Assembly (NCBI GenBank): GCA_029856105.1
Contig: JAHQWH010000012.1
Coordinates: 1-62,800, forward strand
Direction: 5' to 3'
Length of the DNA: 62,800 nt
Origin: Promethearchaeia archaeon
GTDB lineage: Archaea > Asgardarchaeota > Lokiarchaeia > Sigyniarchaeales > SOKP01
Shown here: positions 37,862 through 47,145 of the stretch, in pieces
How the letters are laid out: each line of letters opens with the position of its first letter
How positions within the stretch are numbered: the stretch's first letter is position 1
The notes under the pieces: generated by a model
Seen by the model: only the letters and a program-made list of their open reading frames with translations
Database searches by the model: none
Told to the model about the DNA's origin: nothing
Translations under genes and position numbers: made by a program

Positions 37862-40540
37862 ATGGTTTTTCTTTTGGCTACTCCTTCTAAAGATTACTTC
37901 ATTGTTTTCGACAGGAATTGGGAAAACAAGAAGCAACTATATTTCAACATAAACTTCTTTTATCTGAAATCGTATAAGAAAAAAAGGCAAATCTTTTCTT
38001 ACATCAATAAACCATTCTTTAGAGGGTTAGTACTTTTTGGGTTAGACTTTAAAAACAAAGTACGCCCCGTAGATTTTTCCAAGATTCAAGAAAACGGCCA
38101 CTTAGAGCAAATAAATCCGCGGCTCCTTAAAAAATTTTTAATTGACGAAAAAAATAAATTTATTGGTTTTTCAAGCCAAACTGATCCAGAAGAATTCAAA
38201 CTAATAAAACAAATGCTTGAAAATTTTCAGTTCGACGAAAATAATATTGTCTACCTAACATTTTGTAAATCATGCTTAGAAGATAAAAAATTCACTATCT
38301 TAAGCGAAAAAACCAAGATAAAATCGCTAAGAAATCAATTTATTTGCTCTAATTGTGCGTTGGATATTGTTCTGAAACAAGCACAACTTGCGGGCCTCAT
38401 CTCGTCTAATAAAATTAACCTTAAACTTAAGAATTTTTTTACTCATTTAATTTTAAAATTTAGGGATATTAATAAAGTACTAAACTCTTTTAAAGTGGAT
38501 TTTAACCCCGTTAAAAACAAGGACTTGACATTGTATGATGTAGAAAAAAATCCTCCAATTAGCAAAAAGTACCTCAACTTTAAGGTTGATAGCCTTAAAA
38601 TTCCCAAAAATTTTAAAGCTTTGTTAAAAACGCTTAATGTATTAACTTTACTACCGATACAAGTAATTTCAATTGAAAGGGGTTTGATAGAAGAACATAG
38701 TAATCAATTGGTTATGGCACCCACATCTGCAGGTAAAACATTAGTTGGCGAATTAGCAGGGATTACAAGAGTGATGAGAGAAAGGCGTAAAATGCTTTAT
38801 TTAGTACCGATAGTAGCTCTAGCTAATGTTAGAACAGAAGAATTTAAGAGTAAATATAAGATACTTAACTTAAAAATTATTAAGAAAGTAGGAGAATCTA
38901 TTCTCGAAAAAAAAGAACCGGACGATTTAGGCACACTGAGAACCGCGGATGTGATTATCGGTACATACGAAGCTATTGATTACATTTTAAGAAGTGGTAA
39001 TAAAGATAAATTAGGAACAATAGGAACAATAATTATCGACGAGATTCAGACTTTAAGCGATCAAGAACGAGGATTCATTTTGGACGGTCTAATAGCTAGG
39101 TTAAAATCAATCTTTAAAGACGTGCAATTTTTGTATCTAAGCGCAACAATAGGTGCGCCAGAAGCTTTAGCGAAGAATTTGGGTTGCATTTTGATTAATT
39201 ACAATAATAGACCTGTTCCTATTGAACGCCATTTAGTGTTATGTCTCAACGAATCAATAAAGCTCAGAAATATTACAAAGTTAGTGCGAGCTGCATACTC
39301 AGAAACATCTACATATGGGTTTAAAGGTCAATCGATAATATTCACAAATTCAAGAAAAAAGTGCGAATCACTTGCTAATTACCTTCAAAATAAAGGATTA
39401 AAAGTGATGTCATATCACTCTGGGCTTACACATGAAGAGCGTAAAGTAATTGAATTTAAATTTCAAAAGCAACATATTTCAGCGGTTGTCGCAACAGCAG
39501 CTTTAGCGGCGGGAGTAGATTTTCCAGCAAAACAGGTGATTTTTGAATCGTTAATTATGGGCATCAAATTATTAACTGTTGCCGATTTTGAGCAAATGTT
39601 AGGAAGGGCTGGAAGGTTAAAAAAGCACGATGTTGGATTAGCATATTTACTTGTAGAACCGGGAAAAATATGTTCTCATGAAACTAAAATAACCGAAGAA
39701 AATATTGCTATTAGCTTATTAAATGGAAAAATAAAAGACTTTGAATTACAGCTTGATGAGGATAAATTCTTAACGGAACTATTAGCCTTCATCTCAACAT
39801 ATAATGAAGGCATCGAGAAAGAGGAAATATATAAATTCTATAACTTTTTAATTAATTCTGATTATGAATTGGAAGCATTTTTAAAAAAATTATTAAAACT
39901 TAAACTTATCCAAATAGAAAATAATACTCAATATAAACCCACTTTTTTAGGTCAAGCCGTTGCTAAATCTTTTTTAACCGTTGAAAAAAGCCTGGAAATT
40001 ATCAATAACTTAAAAAAGAAAGAGAAAAAGATTATTGATATTGTTCTTGAATTAAAAGCATTGAGAAATGTTTATCTCACTAAAAAAGTCGTTGCTGATT
40101 TATCAAAACATAGACCAGCAAAATATTCCTCGAATAATTTCTTCAGTTCAAGCAATTTATCGCTGATGGACGCAAATTATGTGAAGAAAAGAAAATCATT
40201 TTCCCAAGAATTTATAGAATATATTGTTAAATGGACAAGAGAAATTTTCAACTGCGATTGTGAGGATAGCCCTTACTGTGAATGTGGAAGGTTGAACTTA
40301 GAGAGAATCATCTTGAAATTAAGAATTGAGGACAACCTCTCAATTGAAGAGCTTAGTTATTACTTAGAAGAAGAATACAACATTCTAGTATTTAAAGGGG
40401 ATCTTATTAACTATCTGGAAAGTTTAATATATTCGTTTGAAAGCATATTTAATATTTCAAAAGGGTTGCCCAAGCTGGATTCTGATTATAAGAAGGAACT
40501 TTTAGAGATTCCCGAAATAATAGAAAAAATTAAGAATTGA
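37862..40540 (+). CDS. Archaea-specific Ski2-like SF2 helicase (COG1202 / ASH-Ski2)
   Basis: APTSAGKT, DEIQ, SAT, ERHL, GVDFPA, QMLGRAGR; N-terminal CxxC pairs; C-terminal CDCEDSPYCECG. Confidence 0.9.
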   Translation: MVFLLATPSKDYFIVFDRNWENKKQLYFNINFFYLKSYKKKRQIFSYINKPFFRGLVLFGLDFKNKVRPVDFSKIQENGHLEQINPRLLKKFLIDEKNKFIGFSSQTDPEEFKLIKQMLENFQFDENNIVYLTFCKSCLEDKKFTILSEKTKIKSLRNQFICSNCALDIVLKQAQLAGLISSNKINLKLKNFFTHLILKFRDINKVLNSFKVDFNPVKNKDLTLYDVEKNPPISKKYLNFKVDSLKIPKNFKALLKTLNVLTLLPIQVISIERGLIEEHSNQLVMAPTSAGKTLVGELAGITRVMRERRKMLYLVPIVALANVRTEEFKSKYKILNLKIIKKVGESILEKKEPDDLGTLRTADVIIGTYEAIDYILRSGNKDKLGTIGTIIIDEIQTLSDQERGFILDGLIARLKSIFKDVQFLYLSATIGAPEALAKNLGCILINYNNRPVPIERHLVLCLNESIKLRNITKLVRAAYSETSTYGFKGQSIIFTNSRKKCESLANYLQNKGLKVMSYHSGLTHEERKVIEFKFQKQHISAVVATAALAAGVDFPAKQVIFESLIMGIKLLTVADFEQMLGRAGRLKKHDVGLAYLLVEPGKICSHETKITEENIAISLLNGKIKDFELQLDEDKFLTELLAFISTYNEGIEKEEIYKFYNFLINSDYELEAFLKKLLKLKLIQIENNTQYKPTFLGQAVAKSFLTVEKSLEIINNLKKKEKKIIDIVLELKALRNVYLTKKVVADLSKHRPAKYSSNNFFSSSNLSLMDANYVKKRKSFSQEFIEYIVKWTREIFNCDCEDSPYCECGRLNLERIILKLRIEDNLSIEELSYYLEEEYNILVFKGDLINYLESLIYSFESIFNISKGLPKLDSDYKKELLEIPEIIEKIKN

Positions 40541-40789
40541 AGAAAACTCAATCCTAATACTTTTGTACCATCGAAGAATGGAATTCAAACTCGCTATCCA
40601 ACGAGTTCACCTCCACAAAATTCGAAGATTTATACATATTAAATTACTAAGGTTAAAACTAATGACAGATTAGAGAATAAGAAGAATTGTTTCATAAAAT
40701 ATGAAAATAAGAAAAAAAAACTTCATTTGAAATTAGAGTAAAACCTTAAATAATAACGATATAAAATAGATATATCAATTTATAAAAAA

Positions 40790-41467
40790 ATGATTAATAT
40801 GTCAAAAAAAACTTTAAAATATGTTTCTACAGCCTTAGCAGTTATTGGAATTATTTTAATTGCATCTGGTCCAGTTGTGGGTGCTGTTAATGAAAAGATA
40901 ACTTTATTGGATGAGAAGGGAAAAACTGTACATGATGATAGTATGACTTTTATGAATTCAACTTATGCATTGAGCTTTACACTGGAGAAAAACCAAAAAA
41001 TTGATGTTGAAATGTCTGTAGATTTAGAAAACATGACCGTTATTATCATTTTTGTAGAAAAATCAGAATATTTAAATGATCTCGAAGTTAATGGAGCACC
41101 TAATGCCGGAGATGGTTTACAAATGTTATTTGCTAGTTATGATGATTTTGTTGTTGGAGAACCTATTGTTAGACATAATGATAATGATCGAATTTTAGGG
41201 ATGGGTTCTTACTACTATATGGAATTTATGGGAGGTTATACAGGAAGTGTTTTATATAGCATTCCTAATGATTACGTGATATTAATATGGGGTGCAAATT
41301 CGTGGGGATCAAACTCAACTTTAGGAGAACATGCGTATTTTAATATAAAAGTGATAATAGATGGTCCAGGTCAGGAAGCTGCGATACTTTTTTATCTTAT
41401 TGGAGGAGGCGTAATTTGTGTAGCTATTGTTATTGCATTAATAAATTCAAAAAAACAGAGGACATAA
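40790..41467 (+). CDS. Membrane protein with extracellular beta-rich domain
   Basis: N- and C-terminal hydrophobic helices around a polar beta-strand-rich core. Confidence 0.7.
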   Translation: MINMSKKTLKYVSTALAVIGIILIASGPVVGAVNEKITLLDEKGKTVHDDSMTFMNSTYALSFTLEKNQKIDVEMSVDLENMTVIIIFVEKSEYLNDLEVNGAPNAGDGLQMLFASYDDFVVGEPIVRHNDNDRILGMGSYYYMEFMGGYTGSVLYSIPNDYVILIWGANSWGSNSTLGEHAYFNIKVIIDGPGQEAAILFYLIGGGVICVAIVIALINSKKQRT

Positions 41468-41483
41468 AAGGTGATTAAATAAA

Positions 41484-41918
41484 ATGGAAGAAAATATAGC
41501 AAAAAAATGTTTAATTATTGGAATTATTGTTGCGGTTGTAGCAGGCACCATAATGATGATCAGTACCTCTTTGGCACTTAATGCTGATAATTGGAAAACC
41601 TATGCAGATGAAGAGAATCAGATGAATTATTGGTTAGGAAATTATGGATATCAAGAATACATATTAAAAGAACAAGAGATAATTTTAACAAATCTTTGGA
41701 TGGAACAACAAGGATTGGTTATTGGAAATGCTGCTAGAGTTGTTGTCAATATTGGGTTAATTTTGTTGTTTATTGGATTTATTGGATATGCTACAAATGA
41801 TCGTATAGATGAAAAAACAAAAAGAACACACTTAACTATTGCTGGTATTGTATTATTTGTTATGATGCTTACTACATTTTATACTCAAATTGGCATAATA
41901 GCAACGACAGGACCATAA
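41484..41918 (+). CDS. Hypothetical membrane protein (3 TM)
   Basis: Three hydrophobic helices; AGGTGA upstream; 16 bp from the previous gene. Confidence 0.7.
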   Translation: MEENIAKKCLIIGIIVAVVAGTIMMISTSLALNADNWKTYADEENQMNYWLGNYGYQEYILKEQEIILTNLWMEQQGLVIGNAARVVVNIGLILLFIGFIGYATNDRIDEKTKRTHLTIAGIVLFVMMLTTFYTQIGIIATTGP

Positions 41919-42125
41919 GAAAATTTTATATTCTAATTTTTTTTTTTTTATTCTTTCACTATATTTCTAAAGGAAAAATTAAAAATTGATTTTACAAATA
42001 CATTTTTAATTATTGAATTTTAATTTTATGATAAAAATAAAATAAATAAAATATTATTCGATAATTAATTACTTGATTAAATCGAAGATAAAAGTAAAGA
42101 ATTAATAAAACAAACTTCTAATTAT

Positions 42126-43073
42126 ATGATTTATACTATTTTTCTTTATCAGAGCCACACCGGTTTACTGATATACGATAAGAGCTTTCAAGAGATAAAT
42201 GCTGGAAAAATGGAAATGTTTAGTTCATTTTTTTTAACTCTAAAATCTTTTGTTTCTGAACTAGTTGTTGACGGTTCAAAAGAATTAAAAAACATCGAAC
42301 TAGGCGAATATACGGTTTTAATTACTTCACTTTCTAAGGTTAAAGTTGATATGGTTATAATCGCTGATAAAGAGGATGCAAAAGCTATAAACAAATTAAT
42401 ACCTAAATTAATTAAATTACTTCAGAAGTACGAGCAACAATTTCTTTCTTGGGATGGGAATAGCGAAGAATTTAAAATATTAGATCATCCACTTACTGAA
42501 TTAGTATCATCAAATGTAAAAGATGTGAAGAAAACATTGTTAAAAAGCCCCGAGCAGATACTTAAATCAATATGGGCACATAAAAAGAAATTAACAGAAG
42601 AAGAGTTTGAAAATCTAGTCCAGGAAAGAGATCTCTTGATTTATAAGATAGAAAACACTGTTAATATCCCAAGTAAATTAGCGATGACTCAAACGGCTGT
42701 AGAGCTTTCAGAAAAGCTACAAGATGAGAGCACGTTTTTGAAATACCAAGGTGAGGTAAACAGATTTAAAAATGAATTGAAGGACGCAAAGTTCAAATTG
42801 AATTTTTATTTAAACAAGATCAAGACTTCGGTAAACGAAGCTATTGATAATTTAGGCAATGACCCAATTCATTTGGGAGATTTTAAAAATTCTTATCTAA
42901 ATTTGTACTCATTTAGCACAAAACTAAAACTAGTAAAGGAAACGGGTTGGGAAGTTTACCGTGAACTAGCAAGCAAGCTCATTGATAAAAATTCTCTATC
43001 TGACCATGAACTCTCTGAAATCATTCAAACTTTATTAAATATGAGTACCAATGTGGGGGATTATTTAAATTAA
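42126..43073 (+). CDS. Longin-like domain protein with helical C-terminal region
   Basis: beta-beta-alpha-beta-beta-beta-alpha pattern: 'IFLYQSHTGLLIYDKSF...MFSSFFLTLKSFVSEL...LKNIELGEYTVLI'. Confidence 0.7.
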   Translation: MIYTIFLYQSHTGLLIYDKSFQEINAGKMEMFSSFFLTLKSFVSELVVDGSKELKNIELGEYTVLITSLSKVKVDMVIIADKEDAKAINKLIPKLIKLLQKYEQQFLSWDGNSEEFKILDHPLTELVSSNVKDVKKTLLKSPEQILKSIWAHKKKLTEEEFENLVQERDLLIYKIENTVNIPSKLAMTQTAVELSEKLQDESTFLKYQGEVNRFKNELKDAKFKLNFYLNKIKTSVNEAIDNLGNDPIHLGDFKNSYLNLYSFSTKLKLVKETGWEVYRELASKLIDKNSLSDHELSEIIQTLLNMSTNVGDYLN

Positions 43074-43085
43074 AAATTTTCGTAC

Positions 43086-44285
43086 TCATTTTATGTGTAA
43101 TTCTATTATATCGTTTTCTTTTAATTCGTAATCTAATCCCACTTTCTTCTTTAATTGTCGAGCATCTTTACGAATGATTATTGCGTAATCGAAAGACTCA
43201 AAAAATTTACGGTGTATTTTTATGGATACATCTCTTACCGTTGGGATAGGATCACTATCCAAAATTAAAGGTTTTTCAGCAACGACTGATTTATTCATTG
43301 TATAAACCTTAATTTTTTTTAAATGCTTTAAGATCACTTCCCCAAAATTGTTGGGAATCTCCTTCTTTCTATTGCTTGTCCCAATTATTAAAGGAAATTT
43401 ATCTGAATACAACTCTTCTAAGTTATGAAAAGTATTTTTTGTTAGCGATAGGTCTCCTTTTGTTCCCAGAATAATTGCCTTTTTATAAACTACGGAAGGA
43501 TTTAAAGTATCGACAATGTGATCGAGAGTAATCTTCCCGAAAACCTTTACAATAGCATTCCGTATACCTCCTGCGTGGGTTATTTCTCTGATCCTTTCAG
43601 TCAATTCTTCAATGTTGGTGTTTTCTTTAGATTCATTTGTTTGATAGAATACTTGTATCTTATTAGCCCCCGTTTTTTCAATCGTAATTGGAGGAGGGGG
43701 AACATTGATTCGTATATGTGATTTGTTCAACTCGCTTAAAAGTAAATCCATTTGTTCCTTATAATCTCGAGATAAATCGACGCATAAGCACATTAAATCA
43801 GCCGCTCTTAATTGCGATATGATCTCTTTACCATTTCCTATTCCAATTGAAGCTCCTTCCATAATTGAAGGCATATCAACAATTTGATAGCGGATTTTAT
43901 CGTATTCATATATACCTATCTCCGGGATAGCCGTGAATTTGCCAATTTTTTCTTTAGCAGCCCCCGTTAATAAATTTAATAGAGAAGTTTTTCCTACACC
44001 TGGAGTATGATAATCGCTTATTAATATTACTTGAATGCCTTCCTTTTTAATCGAGAAAGGACTAACCAGTTTTCCAATGCTTTTAACTCTTATTTTTTCC
44101 GACTCTTGTTCTCTCCTAAGTTTTGCAAGGCGAGATTTATTCAAAGCCACAATATTTTCTGTAGCTTTGTGTTTAGGAACTAGAGACAAAAATTCTTCGA
44201 GACGTTTTATTTTCTCGTCTATAGAAGAAGCATCTAGATACTTATTATATGCTGCTTGAGCTTCAGCTCCTATATTTGAGCTCAT
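43086..44285 (-). CDS. DRG/OBG-family GTPase with TGS domain and degenerate G-motifs
   Basis: VPKHKATE, PGVGKTS, GNGKEIISQLRAADL, IRIN, IHRKF and KVGLDYELKENDIIEL. Confidence 0.88.
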   Translation of the reverse strand: MSSNIGAEAQAAYNKYLDASSIDEKIKRLEEFLSLVPKHKATENIVALNKSRLAKLRREQESEKIRVKSIGKLVSPFSIKKEGIQVILISDYHTPGVGKTSLLNLLTGAAKEKIGKFTAIPEIGIYEYDKIRYQIVDMPSIMEGASIGIGNGKEIISQLRAADLMCLCVDLSRDYKEQMDLLLSELNKSHIRINVPPPPITIEKTGANKIQVFYQTNESKENTNIEELTERIREITHAGGIRNAIVKVFGKITLDHIVDTLNPSVVYKKAIILGTKGDLSLTKNTFHNLEELYSDKFPLIIGTSNRKKEIPNNFGEVILKHLKKIKVYTMNKSVVAEKPLILDSDPIPTVRDVSIKIHRKFFESFDYAIIIRKDARQLKKKVGLDYELKENDIIELHIK

Positions 44286-44309
44286 AAAATAATACCTTGT
44301 TAAAACGAT

Positions 44310-44765
44310 TTAAAAAATTGATCGAAATCTATCTTCCGTTTTTAATTTTAAATCTCCAATAATTTCATCAATTCTACTTTCAAATTTCTTGAAGAATTTT
44401 TCTTTTTTTGAAAAAATATCATTAAAAGAATATCTATTAAGAAAATGCGAATTAATTTCTTTTAGATGTTTTTTAACGATCTCTGAGTCCGTTTCTTTTT
44501 CGGTAATAGCAAAAGATATCAATGGTTGCTTATTTGATTCATCATTTGGTAATGAAATTAATTCGCAATAACAGACTAGTTTAAACGAGGCTAAAGAAAT
44601 AACATTGATGTCATCTCCAAAGACTTCTGTTGTGAAGCTTTCAAGAGCAGATAGAAATCCCGCTCTCAATTCTGGATCTAACCCCACTCCGGTATCTGAA
44701 TCGTAATATCTTTTGTTTAGGATATTACGTATACCTAAATTTATACCAAGTTCTAAAATAGCCAT
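44310..44765 (-). CDS. Stand-alone longin-like domain protein
   Basis: 'DPELRAGFLSALESFTTEVFGDDINVISLASFKLV...LKEINSHFLNRY...FKKFESRIDEII'. Confidence 0.72.
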   Translation of the reverse strand: MAILELGINLGIRNILNKRYYDSDTGVGLDPELRAGFLSALESFTTEVFGDDINVISLASFKLVCYCELISLPNDESNKQPLISFAITEKETDSEIVKKHLKEINSHFLNRYSFNDIFSKKEKFFKKFESRIDEIIGDLKLKTEDRFRSIF

Positions 44766-44933
44766 ATTTTTTAAAATTACTTAATTTTTAAGATTGGGAT
44801 AAAATTTAATCCTAAGCATATTAGGTCGTAGATATATTAATAATTTAACTTATATTTTTAACTGTATAATAGACCATTTTTTATTCCGTTTCTATATGAT
44901 TTTTTCGTTTATAAGAATGGTCTATTTTATCAT

Positions 44934-45785
44934 TTACAACTGCTTTTTATACGCATTAAATGTGTTTTGAAGCAAGAAGCTAACCGTCATAGGACCTACC
45001 CCTCCTGGATTTGGAGTAATCCACGAACTCTTTTCTAAGACTCCTTCAAAATCTACATCTCCAGATAATTTTCCATTTTCTCTCGATATACCTACGTCGA
45101 TAATTACTACGCCTTCCTTTACCTTTTCTTTAGTAATGAACTTTGGTTTTCCTATGGCAACGATTAAAATATCAGCTTTTTTGGTATAATCATCTAATTT
45201 TTTTGTGAACGAGTGGCAGATTGTAACTGTAGCGTTTCTTTTTAAAAACATGAAGATTAAAGGTTTGCCAACTAAGTTAGAACGATTAATTATAACAACA
45301 TTTTTACCCTGAATATCAATGTTGTAATGTTCCAGAAGCGTAATAATGCCTTTAGGAGTACAAGGTACAAAATCTTCGTTGTAATCGAACAATTTACCCC
45401 GATTTATGGGATGTAACCCGTCTACATCTTTTATCGGATCGATTTGCTCAATAAATTCAGAAGTATAGGGTCGTAAATCTCTTGGCAATGGTATTTGTAG
45501 AAGTATTCCATGAACAGATTTGTCTTTATTTAGCTTCTCAATTTCATCCAACAATTCACTTTTTGTTATATTTTTGTCTAAATCGACTAATATAGACCCT
45601 ATTCCTATTTCAGAGCAAGTCTTTCTTTTAATATTTATATACAATTTTGAAGCGGGGTCGTCTCCAACTAAAACAGCGGCTAATTTAGGCTCGATCCCAC
45701 TCGTCTTAATAAAAGAAGATATTTTATCTTTTAATTCTAAATTTAATTTTAACGCCAATTCTTTTCCATTTAATATTTTTCCCAT
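44934..45785 (-). CDS. folD: Methylenetetrahydrofolate dehydrogenase/cyclohydrolase
   Basis: KDVDGLHP, PCTPKG, RSNLVGKP, DVGI and PGGVGPMT motifs. Confidence 0.97.
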   Translation of the reverse strand: MGKILNGKELALKLNLELKDKISSFIKTSGIEPKLAAVLVGDDPASKLYINIKRKTCSEIGIGSILVDLDKNITKSELLDEIEKLNKDKSVHGILLQIPLPRDLRPYTSEFIEQIDPIKDVDGLHPINRGKLFDYNEDFVPCTPKGIITLLEHYNIDIQGKNVVIINRSNLVGKPLIFMFLKRNATVTICHSFTKKLDDYTKKADILIVAIGKPKFITKEKVKEGVVIIDVGISRENGKLSGDVDFEGVLEKSSWITPNPGGVGPMTVSFLLQNTFNAYKKQL

Positions 45786-45885
45786 AATAATCTTGATGTT
45801 AAACTTTGTTTAAATATAAGTTAAAGTAGGTTTTCAATGAAATAAATAGATGTTATTATTTACTTATTAAAAATTTAAAAAATGT

Positions 45886-46992
45886 TTAAATTCTTCTTTT
45901 ACGCCAAATTAGATAAATAGCTGCAATGATAATTCCACTAATTGACATAATTAGAATTAGCGTTAAAAAGTTAAACTCAACCATGAAGATCTCTTCGTTT
46001 AAAAGATCTAAGGAATTAAAACCTTTAAGTATTTCAAAGGCATAGTAAGAAGCGCTAATGGAAGAGAGTTTCTGATCATTTTCTTCATCGTGGTCGCTAA
46101 AACCTCCGTCCCGAAAGTTTTGATGGTTTAAAACCCAATTTACAGTTGGATTTTTATTCAATTCGTTACTATCTATTAACTTTATTCCTTCGACGCAAAA
46201 ATAAGTGCTGCTTAATAAGGAATTTTCGGCAAACGCGTCAGGTAAATATCCACCGAAATTTTCGAGATTAGCAGGATCGTTTATGTAAAACGATTTCAGA
46301 TAATTCAATGTGCTAGTCTGATTTGCTAAATCACTAATATCTCCTAATTTTTCAACCAAATAAATGGCGTAATAAGTAGTAAGCAAGGTAGATGATAAAG
46401 TTTGGTCTCCCCCATAACCACCATCGGTATTGTTGCACGATAACACCCAATTTTTATGAATTGTTTGATTCTCAACTGGCTCGTTGATTAAAGTAAATAT
46501 GTTATATATAAAGAAAGTCGAGATCAGATTTGCATTAGTAGATGTGTTAGTAGGGCTAAATCCACCCGTACTTTGAACTGTCTCATTTATATATTCGTAA
46601 ATCTTATCGTGTAAAATTGAATCTAACAGATCTAGCTTTCCAAGGAAACCTAGCGTACTTAAAAGGTAATATAAGTCATATATATCAATTTCTTCGTTGT
46701 TAAACATAGAAGTAATTTCATCTTCCAAGTATACTTCTAAAGCTGGAATATCTACTTTTTTAGTCGCTTGTAAAAAACTTTCAATAAGATAAGCGTTATA
46801 AAAATCTATAATTTCTATAGCGTTAGCAGTATCTTGCGTTAATATGCCAAAACTCTCGTCGTTATTTTGGTTTTCGTAAAGAAAATCGATTAAATGAATC
46901 TGTCGGGTTTTTGCTGATGCTATGGGAGCAATACCCAACAACAAGGTTATTATTAGCGCTAAAAACGTTAAACTCCGAAGTTTATATTTCAA
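45886..46992 (-). CDS. Secreted, membrane-anchored prenyltransferase/squalene-cyclase-repeat protein
   Basis: Signal peptide; four repeats (QSTGGF, NTDGGY, NFGGY, NFRDGGF, each followed by a S/T-Y/F-Y/F helix); C-terminal TM plus RKRR. Confidence 0.75.
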   Translation of the reverse strand: MKYKLRSLTFLALIITLLLGIAPIASAKTRQIHLIDFLYENQNNDESFGILTQDTANAIEIIDFYNAYLIESFLQATKKVDIPALEVYLEDEITSMFNNEEIDIYDLYYLLSTLGFLGKLDLLDSILHDKIYEYINETVQSTGGFSPTNTSTNANLISTFFIYNIFTLINEPVENQTIHKNWVLSCNNTDGGYGGDQTLSSTLLTTYYAIYLVEKLGDISDLANQTSTLNYLKSFYINDPANLENFGGYLPDAFAENSLLSSTYFCVEGIKLIDSNELNKNPTVNWVLNHQNFRDGGFSDHDEENDQKLSSISASYYAFEILKGFNSLDLLNEEIFMVEFNFLTLILIMSISGIIIAAIYLIWRKRRI

Positions 46993-47145
46993 TTAAAAAA
47001 AAACCCCAATCTGGTTTTAACTAAATTTTAATTTTTTAAATTTAACGTGAATTTAAAATTTAACGATATTTTGAGTTTTTAGTTAGATTATCTGATTAAT
47101 TCGTTTAAAATACAATAAATATAATTCGGCAAACTAAATTATATT

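Noticed and set aside
40538-40642. TGA stop of the helicase followed by 33 open codons and a small hairpin (AACTCG...CGAGTT): possible selenocysteine readthrough
   Set aside because: The helicase is already complete, the TGA is not at a Cys-equivalent position, the extension has no recognisable motif, and I see no SECIS-like core.
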